Shown here: in pieces, positions 36,345 to 45,518 of the stretch
How positions within the stretch are numbered: position 1 is the first letter of the stretch
Layout of the letters: the number at the start of each line of letters is the position of its first letter
DNA from: Planctomycetota bacterium
Lineage (GTDB): Bacteria > Planctomycetota > MHYJ01 > WSZJ01
DNA: 64,000 nucleotides
NCBI GenBank assembly: GCA_038060895.1
Contig: JBBTCT010000018.1
Location: forward strand, 26,300-90,299
Direction: 5' to 3'
Made by a program: the position numbers and the translations under genes
Notes under the pieces: generated by a model
Database searches by the model: none
The model's input: only the letters and a program-made list of their open reading frames with translations
What the model was told of the DNA's origin: nothing

Positions 36345-37101
36345 CAAGTCAAGCGACAATCTGGGGAGGAAGTGATATCACTCGCTCGGCGACAGGCTCA
36401 ACGCGGAGGCGGTACGCGCGCGTTGGGTTCGCGCGAGCCGGGCCGGGAAGCGAGGGCGGAGAGAGCGAAGCGAGTCGATTTGCCGCATTTCGCCCATTCG
36501 CGGGACCCGCGCACCGAATAGGTAAACCCGGACCCCCGTTTGCGGGCGGACTGGCAACGCGCCGGAGTCGCGGATTAGATCGGTTTTCGCGAGGTTCCAT
36601 CGGCCTGCTTGGATAGGTTGCGCGGGAGTCTCGCGCGGCGGAATGAGAATGAAGCGAGCGGTCCGGGCGCGTCCCCTGCCGCACGTCCTCGCGCTCTAAC
36701 CCGCAAGGCCGGGCCGCTCGCTCCGGCGGGACGATATCACGGGGCGCGGGGTGGCGAGCGGGCGAACCGGTGCGGGGCAGGTGGAAGGCGTCGCGGGTCC
36801 TCCGCGCTTGCCCTGTATGTCCCCGCGGAGAGAGCCTCTCCCGACGAAATCAAAACCCCGGTCGGGTCGGCTCGATACGTCCAATGGTAGGGCTCAGGGT
36901 ATGGCAGGGAGGGAACGCAACCCGACCGGGACACAAATTCTACGAAGGTCCGGGAGACCGGCAAGTAAGCGGAGGGGCCGGGGGAGGGTCGCGGTCATCA
37001 GGTCCATTTCCGTTCGCGTTCGGAGTCCCGTGTCCCATACGATCCACCGACGGGGGAAGCGGCTCGACCTTTCTAAGTGGCACTCTAGGAAGCGCGAAAA
37101 C

Positions 37102-38085
37102 ATGGAGATGACTCCTCGCGAGGCGTTCGACGCAAGCCTCGAAGATTTCAGGGGCTTTCAGGCGGAGATCGCCAAATTTGGCCTCACTTGGCTTCAGAAG
37201 CTATCTGCCCACATGAAGCCGTCGGTGGGTGCTCAGCAACTTCGCGAGATCGCCGACCAAGAGGCTGGGAGACTCATGCGGTACATCATCCTTCGAGTAG
37301 GCGCAGGCATTCCCGAATCGAACACTCGCGCGAAGGCGCTCCCCGCACTCTTCTACCGAGGGCTATTCCCAGAGACGGGCCCTGCGGAAACCCTAGCTCA
37401 GATTGCGGACTACAGAGCCGACGGTCCGGTTGCGTTCTCTCGCTGCTTGTTCAAGCGGAGCGGCATGATCCCACCGCTTGAGTTGCAGGTTCTCGCGGCG
37501 AAGCAGACGAAGGGCCAGATGGACGACTATGAGAAGATTTTTCGCCTTTTTGCGGAGGGTCTCGCCGAGAAACACGGTCTCCCTGACACACTGGATGCAG
37601 AACCGGCCCAGAGGGGACGTCCTGTCGCGGTCGATGAGATTGAGGAAATCAGTCCGCTGAGAGGGGCCGAGTCAGCGACGGACCAGCGCGCCGCTTGGGA
37701 GCTTCTGAGTTCCGCGATGCGCTCCGGAGCCGTGGACATAGGAGTTCGCGAGAATCACGCGAACAATCTCCTGGCGAACACAAGCTCGACAGGAGCGGGA
37801 CTAAATTACATCTTTTCCGTCGGATGTCTGGCAGTACCGGTCGTTTTCTACTTCGGGGGCTGGAAAATCGGACTCGCCGTACTGGTCCCCCTTGCGCTGA
37901 TCTACCAGCTCATCGGAGTCATGGCCCGTTCACGAGTGCGGCGATTCGCGATGGAGGACCGGATCTTATTTCACACGATGATCGAAACGGATTCGATTCG
38001 ACCAAGGATCAACCCGAACGCCTTTCCGCCTCCATTCACCGCGGAGGAGTTGGCAAGGCTCATCGACCAATCTCGACCGCGCTAA
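37102..38085 (+). CDS. Hypothetical protein, roughly 235-aa soluble N-terminal domain + two TM helices + short tail (island cargo X1)
   Basis: The start was set at ATG 37102, after AGGAAG. The TM hairpin is YIFSVGCLAVPVVFYFGGW / IGLAVLVPLALIYQLIGVM. I recognise no family. The track ORF from 36751 has an Arg/Gly-rich spurious extension. Confidence 0.5.
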   Translation: MEMTPREAFDASLEDFRGFQAEIAKFGLTWLQKLSAHMKPSVGAQQLREIADQEAGRLMRYIILRVGAGIPESNTRAKALPALFYRGLFPETGPAETLAQIADYRADGPVAFSRCLFKRSGMIPPLELQVLAAKQTKGQMDDYEKIFRLFAEGLAEKHGLPDTLDAEPAQRGRPVAVDEIEEISPLRGAESATDQRAAWELLSSAMRSGAVDIGVRENHANNLLANTSSTGAGLNYIFSVGCLAVPVVFYFGGWKIGLAVLVPLALIYQLIGVMARSRVRRFAMEDRILFHTMIETDSIRPRINPNAFPPPFTAEELARLIDQSRPR

Positions 38086-38172
38086 AGTTCGCCCGTCGAA
38101 CAGGTCATCCCTCCGCGAGTCCAGTTCCATCGCCGAGGAACCGTTCCGTCGAGAACCGGAAGAGTGTCCCGG

Positions 38173-38907
38173 CTACTTCTCCATTGCGCGTCGCTTCTCA
38201 ATTCGCTCTTTGGCTTTGCGAGCGAAATCCTCATCGGATGCTGAGTCCTTGAACAGGTCCTTGAACGGGTTAACCCGGCTCGCCGCGAAGCTGTCGCGGC
38301 ATGCCGACTGGACTCGCAGGATCATTGCCAAATAGCGAAGCCGCTTTTCCTCCTGGGGAGCGGTCCCGAGGTCCTCAAGGACCGAGTCTTCGACTTCCTT
38401 CCAGAGAGCCCCTCTCGCATCGTCGGTTTTCACCTGAAGAAACGTCTGAATCCATGAGACTTCGCTTTCAGGAAGAGGGCTCTGGAGTCGAAGTAGGTTG
38501 GACAGGCCGCTCGGTTGCAACTTGATGCGGTCCATGTAAAGGGCGTGCATGACGCCTTCGGAGGGAGTCGAGTGGTAGGCCACGCGGTTCATCGACCATC
38601 GGAAACTAGAACTTTGCTCGGACAGATTCAGGTTGCCACGCTCTCCGTCGATGGTGTACCACGTGACCCTTCCATCGACCGCTTGAGCCTCCCACAACTC
38701 CGCACGCGCCGCCGCCGCTTCGATGATTTGTTGAATTGAGTCTTCCTTCGCCTTCCTCTCCGCTGAGAAGCGCGCTTCCAGTTCTTGCCGCTCGTCGCGC
38801 CGTTTGGAATACAGCACGCCACCAACCGAGACGCCAGCAACCGAGACGATGGCAAGCGCCAAGAATCCATATGCTCGCTTCAGTCGTGGCTCCATGCTCC
38901 CGATCAT
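38173..38907 (-). CDS. Hypothetical N-terminally membrane-anchored protein (island cargo X2)
   Basis: The start was set at MIGSMEP (38907). The TM anchor is GFLALAIVSVAGVSVGGVLY, followed by a coiled coil and a roughly 170-aa domain of unknown family. It is convergent with X1. Confidence 0.45.
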   Translation of the reverse strand: MIGSMEPRLKRAYGFLALAIVSVAGVSVGGVLYSKRRDERQELEARFSAERKAKEDSIQQIIEAAAARAELWEAQAVDGRVTWYTIDGERGNLNLSEQSSSFRWSMNRVAYHSTPSEGVMHALYMDRIKLQPSGLSNLLRLQSPLPESEVSWIQTFLQVKTDDARGALWKEVEDSVLEDLGTAPQEEKRLRYLAMILRVQSACRDSFAASRVNPFKDLFKDSASDEDFARKAKERIEKRRAMEK

Positions 38908-39013
38908 ACCTTCCGGGATGTCCGATTCTCGGAACGTGTACGGCAGGAAATCGAGCGAGTAGGCTTGTCCCGGAAGCTCACGCTCTTGCGTCGCATCATT
39001 CGGAGGAAGGTCC

Positions 39014-39412
39014 GTGGAGATTCCGTTCGCGATGTTTGCCGACCACGTCAGTACGACGAACGACGGCAAGCTGAACATCCTCGGCGTCTTTGAGACTGTC
39101 AAAGTCTCCGCCGGGTCAGCGCTGGCCCAGTGCTTCCTCCTCTATCGCGTCGAAGCTAATCGCGAGGAATTGCTGAATCCGCAGGCCGTGGCGGCATCCG
39201 TCCACAAGCCGGACGGAACCGAAGTGATGAGGTTCGAGACTTCCTTGATGTTCGGAAATGTCAGCGGATCGCCTGCGGGAACTGTTTTTCGGGCGAACGT
39301 CGCCCTGTGCCTTCAGGGCGTGAGATTCGACATAGCGGGCGAATGGAAGGCGCGATTCATGGGCGGGGGCGGGGAACTTGCCCAGATCACTCTTCTGGTT
39401 GAATTGCGGTAG
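39014..39412 (+). CDS. Hypothetical small protein (island cargo X3), directly upstream of hicA
   Basis: The GTG 39014 start lies 6 nt after GGAGGA. It is 132 aa, begins ...FADHVSTTNDGKLNILGVFETV..., and looks beta-rich. It vaguely recalls a DUF family seen in prophage regions, but I cannot name it reliably. Confidence 0.5.
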   Translation: MEIPFAMFADHVSTTNDGKLNILGVFETVKVSAGSALAQCFLLYRVEANREELLNPQAVAASVHKPDGTEVMRFETSLMFGNVSGSPAGTVFRANVALCLQGVRFDIAGEWKARFMGGGGELAQITLLVELR

Positions 39413-39435
39413 AGGCCAAACGTCCGGAGCGTGGC

Positions 39436-39687
39436 ATGGTAGGGTCTGCCGCCAAGAAACTTCTCGACCAGATGCGGGCCACCTCGGCGGGATGGTCCGA
39501 ACAGGACTTCTCGCGCTTGTTCCTCGGCTACGGCTTCGACAAAAAGGGCGGCGGCGGTCACACGAAATACTCCCACCCTCGCTATCCTGCGTTGCTCATC
39601 ACGGTGCCTCGTCACCGAAAATTGAAGAATTGGGTAGCCCGAGAAGCCGTTAAACTGATCGAGAAGCTGGAGGCCCTCGGAGGTTAG
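39436..39687 (+). CDS. hicA: HicA-like (YcfA/HicA family) toxin
   Basis: 83 aa. ...GFDKKGGGGHTKYSHPRYPALLITVPRHRKLKNWVAREAVKLIEKLE fits the HicA pattern G.GSH..y.hP...l.vP.H..l. GGAG lies 6 nt upstream of the ATG. Confidence 0.65.
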   Translation: MVGSAAKKLLDQMRATSAGWSEQDFSRLFLGYGFDKKGGGGHTKYSHPRYPALLITVPRHRKLKNWVAREAVKLIEKLEALGG

Positions 39688-39691
39688 CCGC

Positions 39692-40108
39692 ATGAAGAGC
39701 AAAGAAGGAAAGAGCAAGGTAGTGGGAGTCATCGTCGGAACAAAAGGCCGAGTGCAGCACTTCGGCGTTGAGTTGAGTCTTGAAACCGACGATGACGGGA
39801 GTAGCTACTACCTCGCTCGGTCCATCGAAATTCCTGGATGTATGAGTGATGGATCTAGCATCGAAGAAGCGCTGATGAACTTGGGGGACGCGATTCAGCT
39901 CTGCCTTACCACGAGCGAGAGTGCGACGTCAAAGCGAGCGCCCATCGACAAGGGTTATGGTTCGGACTTGTTCGTAAAGGGAGCAAGTTTGCAGCTCTTC
40001 CAAACGAAGTCCTCATCCTCCCCTGCGTCTGCGGTCTCTGGTCCGATTGCGGAATCCAACCTGTATCCGCTGCCGACCAGACGTGGAGCGCTGGCGAACG
40101 CAAAGTAG
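39692..40108 (+). CDS. hicB: HicB-like antitoxin (UPF0150 N-terminal domain)
   Basis: YYLARSIEIPGCMSDGSSIEEALMNLGDAIQLCL is the typical HicB N-domain motif. It starts 4 nt after the hicA stop and has a low-complexity C-terminal tail. Confidence 0.7.
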   Translation: MKSKEGKSKVVGVIVGTKGRVQHFGVELSLETDDDGSSYYLARSIEIPGCMSDGSSIEEALMNLGDAIQLCLTTSESATSKRAPIDKGYGSDLFVKGASLQLFQTKSSSSPASAVSGPIAESNLYPLPTRRGALANAK

Positions 40109-40198
40109 GCGTCGAGTGAAGGGCCGTTCGGAGAGTCTCAGGCTCAAGCTCCCCTTATGGCGCGAGAGGCTTCGATGGCCACGGCGAGCCGCACAGGT

Positions 40199-40426
40199 TC
40201 ATGGCCCAAGCTTCCTTCCGGCAGCGCGCTTCCGGTAGGGGCGGTATCCCTCCGCAAGCCGCTCGCGCCTGAGCTTCTCCACCGCGTCGAGGGGGACACG
40301 GATTGCACGGCCAAAGCGAAAGGAGGGAAGGACCCCGGCCCTGACCATTCTGTAGATCGTGGTCTGGCTTACTTCGAGAAGCCGGGCGACAGTCCTCATG
40401 CTTGCATCGATGGAGTGATCGGGCAT
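40199..40426 (-). CDS. Excisionase/AlpA-like helix-turn-helix protein
   Basis: SMRTVARLLEVSQTTIYRMVRAGVLPSFRFGRAIRVPLDAVEKL is the excisionase-family HTH_17 pattern. The start was set at MPDHS (40426). Confidence 0.7.
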   Translation of the reverse strand: MPDHSIDASMRTVARLLEVSQTTIYRMVRAGVLPSFRFGRAIRVPLDAVEKLRRERLAEGYRPYRKRAAGRKLGP

Positions 40427-40556
40427 GACGGGCTCCAAGTAGGGGGAGGGAGGCACGAATCGGAGGGGCGGTCATTAGGTGCATTCCCCGTGAAAAAAGG
40501 GGGGTCCACGGTGGATCGTTCCACCGACTGAGCTTGGTAGACTGCGGCAGCAGGGC

Positions 40557-40817
40557 ATGGGGAGTTTCTGGCCGCATAAGTCGGAAGAGAGAGCGATGGG
40601 AACAGCCGAGCGAATCGCGGGATGGCTAACGCCCCTCCTAATCCTCGGTCACATTTTCGCCTTCTTCGGCGTGGCAATTCGCCTCTGGGACCACGGCGCT
40701 TGGTTTTGGATTTGGATTTGTGGAGGTGGTGAGATCGCCTGCGGGACGGCATACGCCATAGTGACGTGGCCGATTGCTTGGGTGCTGGCGGGTATCTCAA
40801 AGCTGCTTGGAGAGTGA
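40557..40817 (+). CDS. Hypothetical small membrane protein
   Basis: Two hydrophobic helices (LTPLLILGHIFAFFGVAI, ACGTAYAIVTWPIAWVLAGI). No homology recognised; weak call. Confidence 0.35.
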   Translation: MGSFWPHKSEERAMGTAERIAGWLTPLLILGHIFAFFGVAIRLWDHGAWFWIWICGGGEIACGTAYAIVTWPIAWVLAGISKLLGE

Positions 40818-40845
40818 CTTCGCTCCCGCCTCAACGAGGGAGAAG

Positions 40846-41247
40846 TCACGCCCGCGCCTTGATCGTGGCGACAAGGATCGTTGAGGAAAACTTCAACATG
40901 CCTGTTAGCGCCTCCGCCCTTTGAAGCGGCGTCATCTTCGAGTCCGGGTCGGAAATCAATTTCAGGACGAAGCAGAGCGCCGCCTCAATTTCGTCCGGGC
41001 AGGGAAGAGCCTTCTTCGTCTCGCTCCAATCGAACCGCTTGTCCCTCTCCGCGACTGGATTGGGGACGCGGATTTCGTAGCGCCTGAAGTCGTCGTCCTC
41101 CTCGATTTCCTCTTCCTCGCCCCCGGCTTCGGTCTCCGGTTCCGGCGGCGTCAGGACTTCCTTCAGGTGCGAGCCAAGCGTCCCCTCCCGCGCCCGCTCG
41201 CTCGCCCGGCGGTTGTAGGCGTTGACTTCCTCGTTAGACATGGCCAT
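40846..41247 (-). CDS. Hypothetical acidic protein
   Basis: The start was set at MAMSNEE (41247), overlapping the upstream HTH gene end. It has an acidic stretch EEEEIEEDDD. Family unknown. Confidence 0.4.
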   Translation of the reverse strand: MAMSNEEVNAYNRRASERAREGTLGSHLKEVLTPPEPETEAGGEEEEIEEDDDFRRYEIRVPNPVAERDKRFDWSETKKALPCPDEIEAALCFVLKLISDPDSKMTPLQRAEALTGMLKFSSTILVATIKARA

Positions 41248-41488
41248 TCGATGCCCCCTTCCGGTTCTCACGCTTCCAAGGCTTCGCGGGCGCTTCCAGT
41301 TGGCCCCGTAGCCAAGCGTCGAGGGCCGGGATAACAACGCGCAGATTCCTTCCGATCCGAACGGCCTTGATTTCCCCTGAGTAGATCAGCCGCTCAACCG
41401 TCCGCGTACAGCACTCCAAGGCTTGCGCCGTCTCGCGGATCGTTGCGAAGTTCCTTCCGTCTCCAAGCGTTTCAACGCGCGGAATCAT
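41234..41488 (-). CDS. Excisionase-family HTH DNA-binding protein
   Basis: FATIRETAQALECCTRTVERLIYSGEIKAVRIGRNLRVVIPALDAWL is the HTH_17/excisionase pattern. Confidence 0.7.
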   Translation of the reverse strand: MIPRVETLGDGRNFATIRETAQALECCTRTVERLIYSGEIKAVRIGRNLRVVIPALDAWLRGQLEAPAKPWKRENRKGASNGHV

Positions 41489-41491
41489 TCG

Positions 41492-41890
41492 CTATCCGTC
41501 CTTTCGAGTGGGGGGAGGAACGAAGCGAATCCCTTTCCCGGACAACGCTGCACAGTTTTTTCCGGAGAGCGCCGAGGACAAGCCGGGCTCCGGGAAAGCG
41601 TGGACAGAATGGACACAATTCGACCCTCTCTGAATTCTGTCCATTTCGTCCAAGGTTCCGGAGCCCCCTTCCCGGATTTCAGCCTCCCGGCGGGAGAGTT
41701 CGGCGCTTGCCTCTTGAAGCCAGCCGACGAGTTCGAGCAGAGCGGCCTTGTGATCGCGAACGCGGGCGAGCAGGTCCGGGGTCAGCGCGGCTGTTTGGCC
41801 CCTGACTCGAAGCTCGCCTTCCTCCACGCGAAGCCGGATGCCAGCGGCGTAGAGGTCGGCGACGATGTTGGAGGGATAGGGCAGGGTCAT
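41492..41890 (-). CDS. Hypothetical protein with TubC-N-like N-terminal helical domain (recollection)
   Basis: ADLYAAGIRLRVEEGELRVRGQTAALTPDLLARVRDHKAALLELV resembles the short docking domain often found next to primases in mobile elements. Its start overlaps the primase stop (ATGA). Confidence 0.4.
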   Translation of the reverse strand: MTLPYPSNIVADLYAAGIRLRVEEGELRVRGQTAALTPDLLARVRDHKAALLELVGWLQEASAELSRREAEIREGGSGTLDEMDRIQRGSNCVHSVHAFPEPGLSSALSGKNCAALSGKGIRFVPPPTRKDG

Positions 41891-44694
41891 ACCGTGATCT
41901 CCTCGTCGCCACTTTCCGGGGCTGGTGGATCGCCCCCTGTCGGCTCTTGTTCCCGAGGTTGGGTGGCAGGGGTCGGGACAGAATGGACAGAATCCGCTGC
42001 AACCGCCTGCGGGGCGTGTTCGGCAACCTGGGGGTGAACGTCGAAGACGGCGGAGGGGGGGCGGCCCGGTCCCTTGCGCGTCGGCGCGGGTTGCTCCCGG
42101 AGGAAGCCGTGCGCGACAAGGGCATCGAGGGGCGCGTCAACGCCGTCCACGCTGTCAACCGTCCCACGAAGAGCGCGGTACGCATCGCGTCGGGAAATCG
42201 TCAGCGCGCGCGAATCCGCAAGGAAGACGAGCAGCTCGCACGCGGCCTCAATGTTCGGGTCCATGCCCATAGCGCCATGCGCGGCGCGAGCGTGCGCTTC
42301 GGCGTAGCGCGCGAGCTTGACTCCCCGCTCCATCGTCGCGGAGGTGACGGGCGCGCCCATGGACTTGCCCGGCCCGATGCTGTCCCCGCAATGAAGAATC
42401 CCGGCGACACGAAGAGCGAGCCCGCGCGCGCGGTTTGCCCAGTCGCGCAGGTGCGCCAGGTCGCCACCCGGCTTCATGCGCGCTTCAACGTCGGCGGCGT
42501 ATTCTCCGAGAGTAACTTGCGCTTCGGGCGCGAGCTTGAGCGTCAGGACTTCGGGGCGAACCGTCGAGCCCGGCGGAGCTTGCGGCAGAGGCAGGGTGAG
42601 CAAGTCCTTCACGCGCGCGCCGTACGCTTCGTGCGCGTCGAAGTCACGATGCCGGGGCTTCCACTCGCGGGAACCAATCCTCGTTACCGGCTTCGAGTAG
42701 AACAGGCGGGCAAGTAGGCCACGTCCACGGAGTTCGCGCCGAGCGCCGAAGCCAGAGAGGATTTCCGGCTGGACCGTCAGCCCCACCGTGAGAAGCGGCT
42801 CCCGAAGAATCACGGGCGGACGCGATATCCGATCCACGCGCACGCGGTCCCCGCCGTAGGCTCCGAGGAACAAGTCGAGATTTGCCGGGCCATCGTTGTA
42901 GCGCCCGGTCACGGTTTCGATAACTCCGCCCTCTGCCGCCGCAAAGAGCATCCGCTCCCCGTTCGCTTGCATCAGGTCGCCGAGCTTCTCCGGCGTCACG
43001 TCGCCAACGGTGAGAATCGGCGCGGACGGGATGACGTGCGCCCCCAGCACAAGCTCTGCCTCGCGGAGCGCGGACTCTGCCGTTGCCTTCGCATCCTTCG
43101 TTGCGTTCAACAGCGCTTTCTCTGCCGCCTTGACCTTTGCTCCAAGCACCCGCTGTTCTGCCTTCGCGTTCGCAATCTTAGGTTCCGCATTGCTCGCTAG
43201 GGTCCGCTCGAATTCCCAAACTGGCGCCAGCACCTTCCCGAAAACCGCTGACTTCATTTCGCCGGAAGGCAGGACCAAAACGATGTAGAGGTTGAGAGGT
43301 TCCCTCCATCCCGGCCACGCTTCGATCTGGTACTTACCGGCCAGCGCGGACGCGGCAACCGCTAGCCCGAGCAACGCGGGCAGGTCCGGCGGGCATTGGA
43401 GAGATTCCGCCAACGACTCCGCCGAATCGCCGAGCCACTTGGGGAGAGTGTCGAGCGAGAAGGCGGGCAGGTTCGCTTCCGCGATCATGGGAATCGGATC
43501 GCCCCACGGTTCGGGGGCGGTGCTAGTCGCGGTCGTCCCGTTCGCTCCGGCCTTGCCATTTCGCGGCGTCCCGTAGCCGAGAGCGAGCAGCGCCTTCGCC
43601 GCTTCGGAATCTCTGCCGCCGTGCCGGAGCCGGGAGAAAACCTGCGACGGGCTGTAGCTCTTGTTCACTTCGAATTCGGAGACGTTCGAGCTGAAAGCGT
43701 GGAGGAGCGGCCCGCCCTCCGAGGTCTTGTTATGTCCCAGCGTCGCGCACCTGCCGTCGCCGCCGGGCCGGGTCCAACTCGATTCCCCGTCACGCTCCAC
43801 GCCGTACCGCTTCCATCCCGCCCCTTCGAGCAGCGCGGCCACGTCGCCGCGAGAATTGAAATCCTCAAAGGGAGAGAGCCCTTCACCCTCCGCCCGCGCC
43901 TTCATCGCCGGATTGTTCTTTTTCTCTTCCGCCGGGACGAGCCGTGCGACGGCTTCGAGCTTCTCGCGGGAGACGATGCCGAGCGAACCGGGGGAGACGT
44001 AGACGAGTGCGGCGAGCCGGTGCGGACGTTCGGGAGTAGAGCTACCCTTCCGCGCAATCGTTCCGTAGAGCTTCGCGATTCGAGACGCGTTGAAGCAAGA
44101 CGGATCGACCTTGACCTGATCGGTTCCGAAACGAGCGTTGAGCGCGAGCAGGACACGGCGGAGCAGGTCTTTCGAAGCCTCGTCGTTCGGCAGGTCCAAG
44201 GGGTAGAGAACGTGCGCGCCATTGCCGGAGAGGGCGCGGACTCCCGCCACCCACCCTTGTTCACTCTCAAGCCAAGTCCGCGCTGTCCTGGCTATCTCGC
44301 ACGCTGCTTTGACTTCTGCTTTCGTTGAGGAGATTCCGGCCCGCCGTGTCGCGTCGAAATCGAGGTACAGCCAGCGGACCCGGAGAATGTCCGCGTCTTG
44401 CGTCGTGGACTTCGCGTAGTCGTGAAGCTTGTTCACCTCTGCGAGCGCGAGCAGGTCCGGCGACACGGGATTCAAGACCTGATAAATGCCCTTCGCCGTC
44501 GCGCGCGCTTCGAGCTTGGCAACTTCGGCGGCGACTTTCGCGGGATCGTTGAAGAATCCCGCCGCCGTGAAGGGCTTGCCGCTTCCGCGCGTCGAGGAAC
44601 AGTCGAGCGCCCGCACCTCGAAGACGGAGCCGGATTCATGGAACAGGCGAAGTGTCCGCTCAATTTCTGCGGGATTGATGGTAAGCGCGGTCAC
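41887..44694 (-). CDS. Replication protein: archaeo-eukaryotic-type prim-pol domain + DUF3987 (YfjI-like) domain
   Basis: AEP motifs are present: WLYLDFDATR (DxD) and SGNGAHVLYPL (sGxGxH). The large C-terminal region is like DUF3987. The start was set at GTG 44694, which follows GGAGAAAC by 4 nt and forms a GTGA overlap with the upstream stop. The track ORF to 44946 has an Arg-rich spurious extension. Confidence 0.8.
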   Translation of the reverse strand: MTALTINPAEIERTLRLFHESGSVFEVRALDCSSTRGSGKPFTAAGFFNDPAKVAAEVAKLEARATAKGIYQVLNPVSPDLLALAEVNKLHDYAKSTTQDADILRVRWLYLDFDATRRAGISSTKAEVKAACEIARTARTWLESEQGWVAGVRALSGNGAHVLYPLDLPNDEASKDLLRRVLLALNARFGTDQVKVDPSCFNASRIAKLYGTIARKGSSTPERPHRLAALVYVSPGSLGIVSREKLEAVARLVPAEEKKNNPAMKARAEGEGLSPFEDFNSRGDVAALLEGAGWKRYGVERDGESSWTRPGGDGRCATLGHNKTSEGGPLLHAFSSNVSEFEVNKSYSPSQVFSRLRHGGRDSEAAKALLALGYGTPRNGKAGANGTTATSTAPEPWGDPIPMIAEANLPAFSLDTLPKWLGDSAESLAESLQCPPDLPALLGLAVAASALAGKYQIEAWPGWREPLNLYIVLVLPSGEMKSAVFGKVLAPVWEFERTLASNAEPKIANAKAEQRVLGAKVKAAEKALLNATKDAKATAESALREAELVLGAHVIPSAPILTVGDVTPEKLGDLMQANGERMLFAAAEGGVIETVTGRYNDGPANLDLFLGAYGGDRVRVDRISRPPVILREPLLTVGLTVQPEILSGFGARRELRGRGLLARLFYSKPVTRIGSREWKPRHRDFDAHEAYGARVKDLLTLPLPQAPPGSTVRPEVLTLKLAPEAQVTLGEYAADVEARMKPGGDLAHLRDWANRARGLALRVAGILHCGDSIGPGKSMGAPVTSATMERGVKLARYAEAHARAAHGAMGMDPNIEAACELLVFLADSRALTISRRDAYRALRGTVDSVDGVDAPLDALVAHGFLREQPAPTRKGPGRPPSAVFDVHPQVAEHAPQAVAADSVHSVPTPATQPREQEPTGGDPPAPESGDEEITV

Positions 44695-45005
44695 TTGAGT
44701 TTCTCCGAATTGAGCGGGCTGGGCGCGCGTTCGAGAACTTCGACCTCGTAGACCTTCGCGCGCACCTGATCGAAACCGGTGAATGTGATGCGAACGCGGT
44801 CGCCGATGCATGGATCGGCGGCTCTCCACGCGGCGCGCAGGCGCGGAGGGATGTAGACCGCTTGCAGGATCGACCCAGCGTCGATGAACGCGCGATCCAG
44901 CAGCCCAAACCGGGCGCGGACGTCGCGCTTTACGGCTATGACGCACCCCAAGAGCGAGTCTCCCGGGACCTGGAACCTGTAGCGCAGAAGTGTCGATGTT
45001 TTCAT
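44691..45005 (-). CDS. Hypothetical small protein
   Basis: The start was set at MKTSTLL (45005), after GGAG. 104 aa, unknown family, translationally coupled to the primase. Confidence 0.4.
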   Translation of the reverse strand: MKTSTLLRYRFQVPGDSLLGCVIAVKRDVRARFGLLDRAFIDAGSILQAVYIPPRLRAAWRAADPCIGDRVRITFTGFDQVRAKVYEVEVLERAPSPLNSEKLK

Positions 45006-45152
45006 CTCAGGGACTCCGAAGGCAGGGTTGCGAGGGCGGAGGGAAGGTCCAAGTGGGAGGTGAGGTTCACGGGCGGGCTCGATCCACGCCGAGCCGAACG
45101 TAGCCAAGCGCCCACTTCAGCAGGGGGGATTCGAGAAGGTTGGAGTTCGAGT

Positions 45153-45476
45153 TCACGATTCCTTCCCGTCTCCGCTGCGCTCGTGCGGCAGAGGGTAGGC
45201 CTTCCGCAACGCGTCGAGGATCGCCGGGTTGCCGACCCTTGCCCTTGCTGGGGCTCGGACTGTGATTTCACGGCGGCGGAGCGCGTCGAGAAACGACACT
45301 CTCCGGAGGAGCAGCCTGCGACCGCATCGAGTGAAGGGGCCGCAGAGTCCCTTCCGGATCGCCTTCCATGCGGCGTCTACGCCGACACCCAGGACGCGGG
45401 CCACGTCCTCGACGCGCAGGATTTCAGGCAGACAGGCGCGAGCAACGTCTACTTCGAACGAGGTTTCGTTTTCCAT
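45153..45476 (-). CDS. Putative HTH (excisionase/MerR-superfamily-like) DNA-binding protein
   Basis: ILRVEDVARVLGVGVDAAWKAIRKGLCGPFTRCGRRLLLRRVSFLDAL is HTH_17-like. Weaker match than the other two. Confidence 0.45.
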   Translation of the reverse strand: MENETSFEVDVARACLPEILRVEDVARVLGVGVDAAWKAIRKGLCGPFTRCGRRLLLRRVSFLDALRRREITVRAPARARVGNPAILDALRKAYPLPHERSGDGKES

Positions 45477-45518
45477 ACCCCCTTACGGGGGCAAAGACTC
45501 CCGACTTGAAGAAGAATT

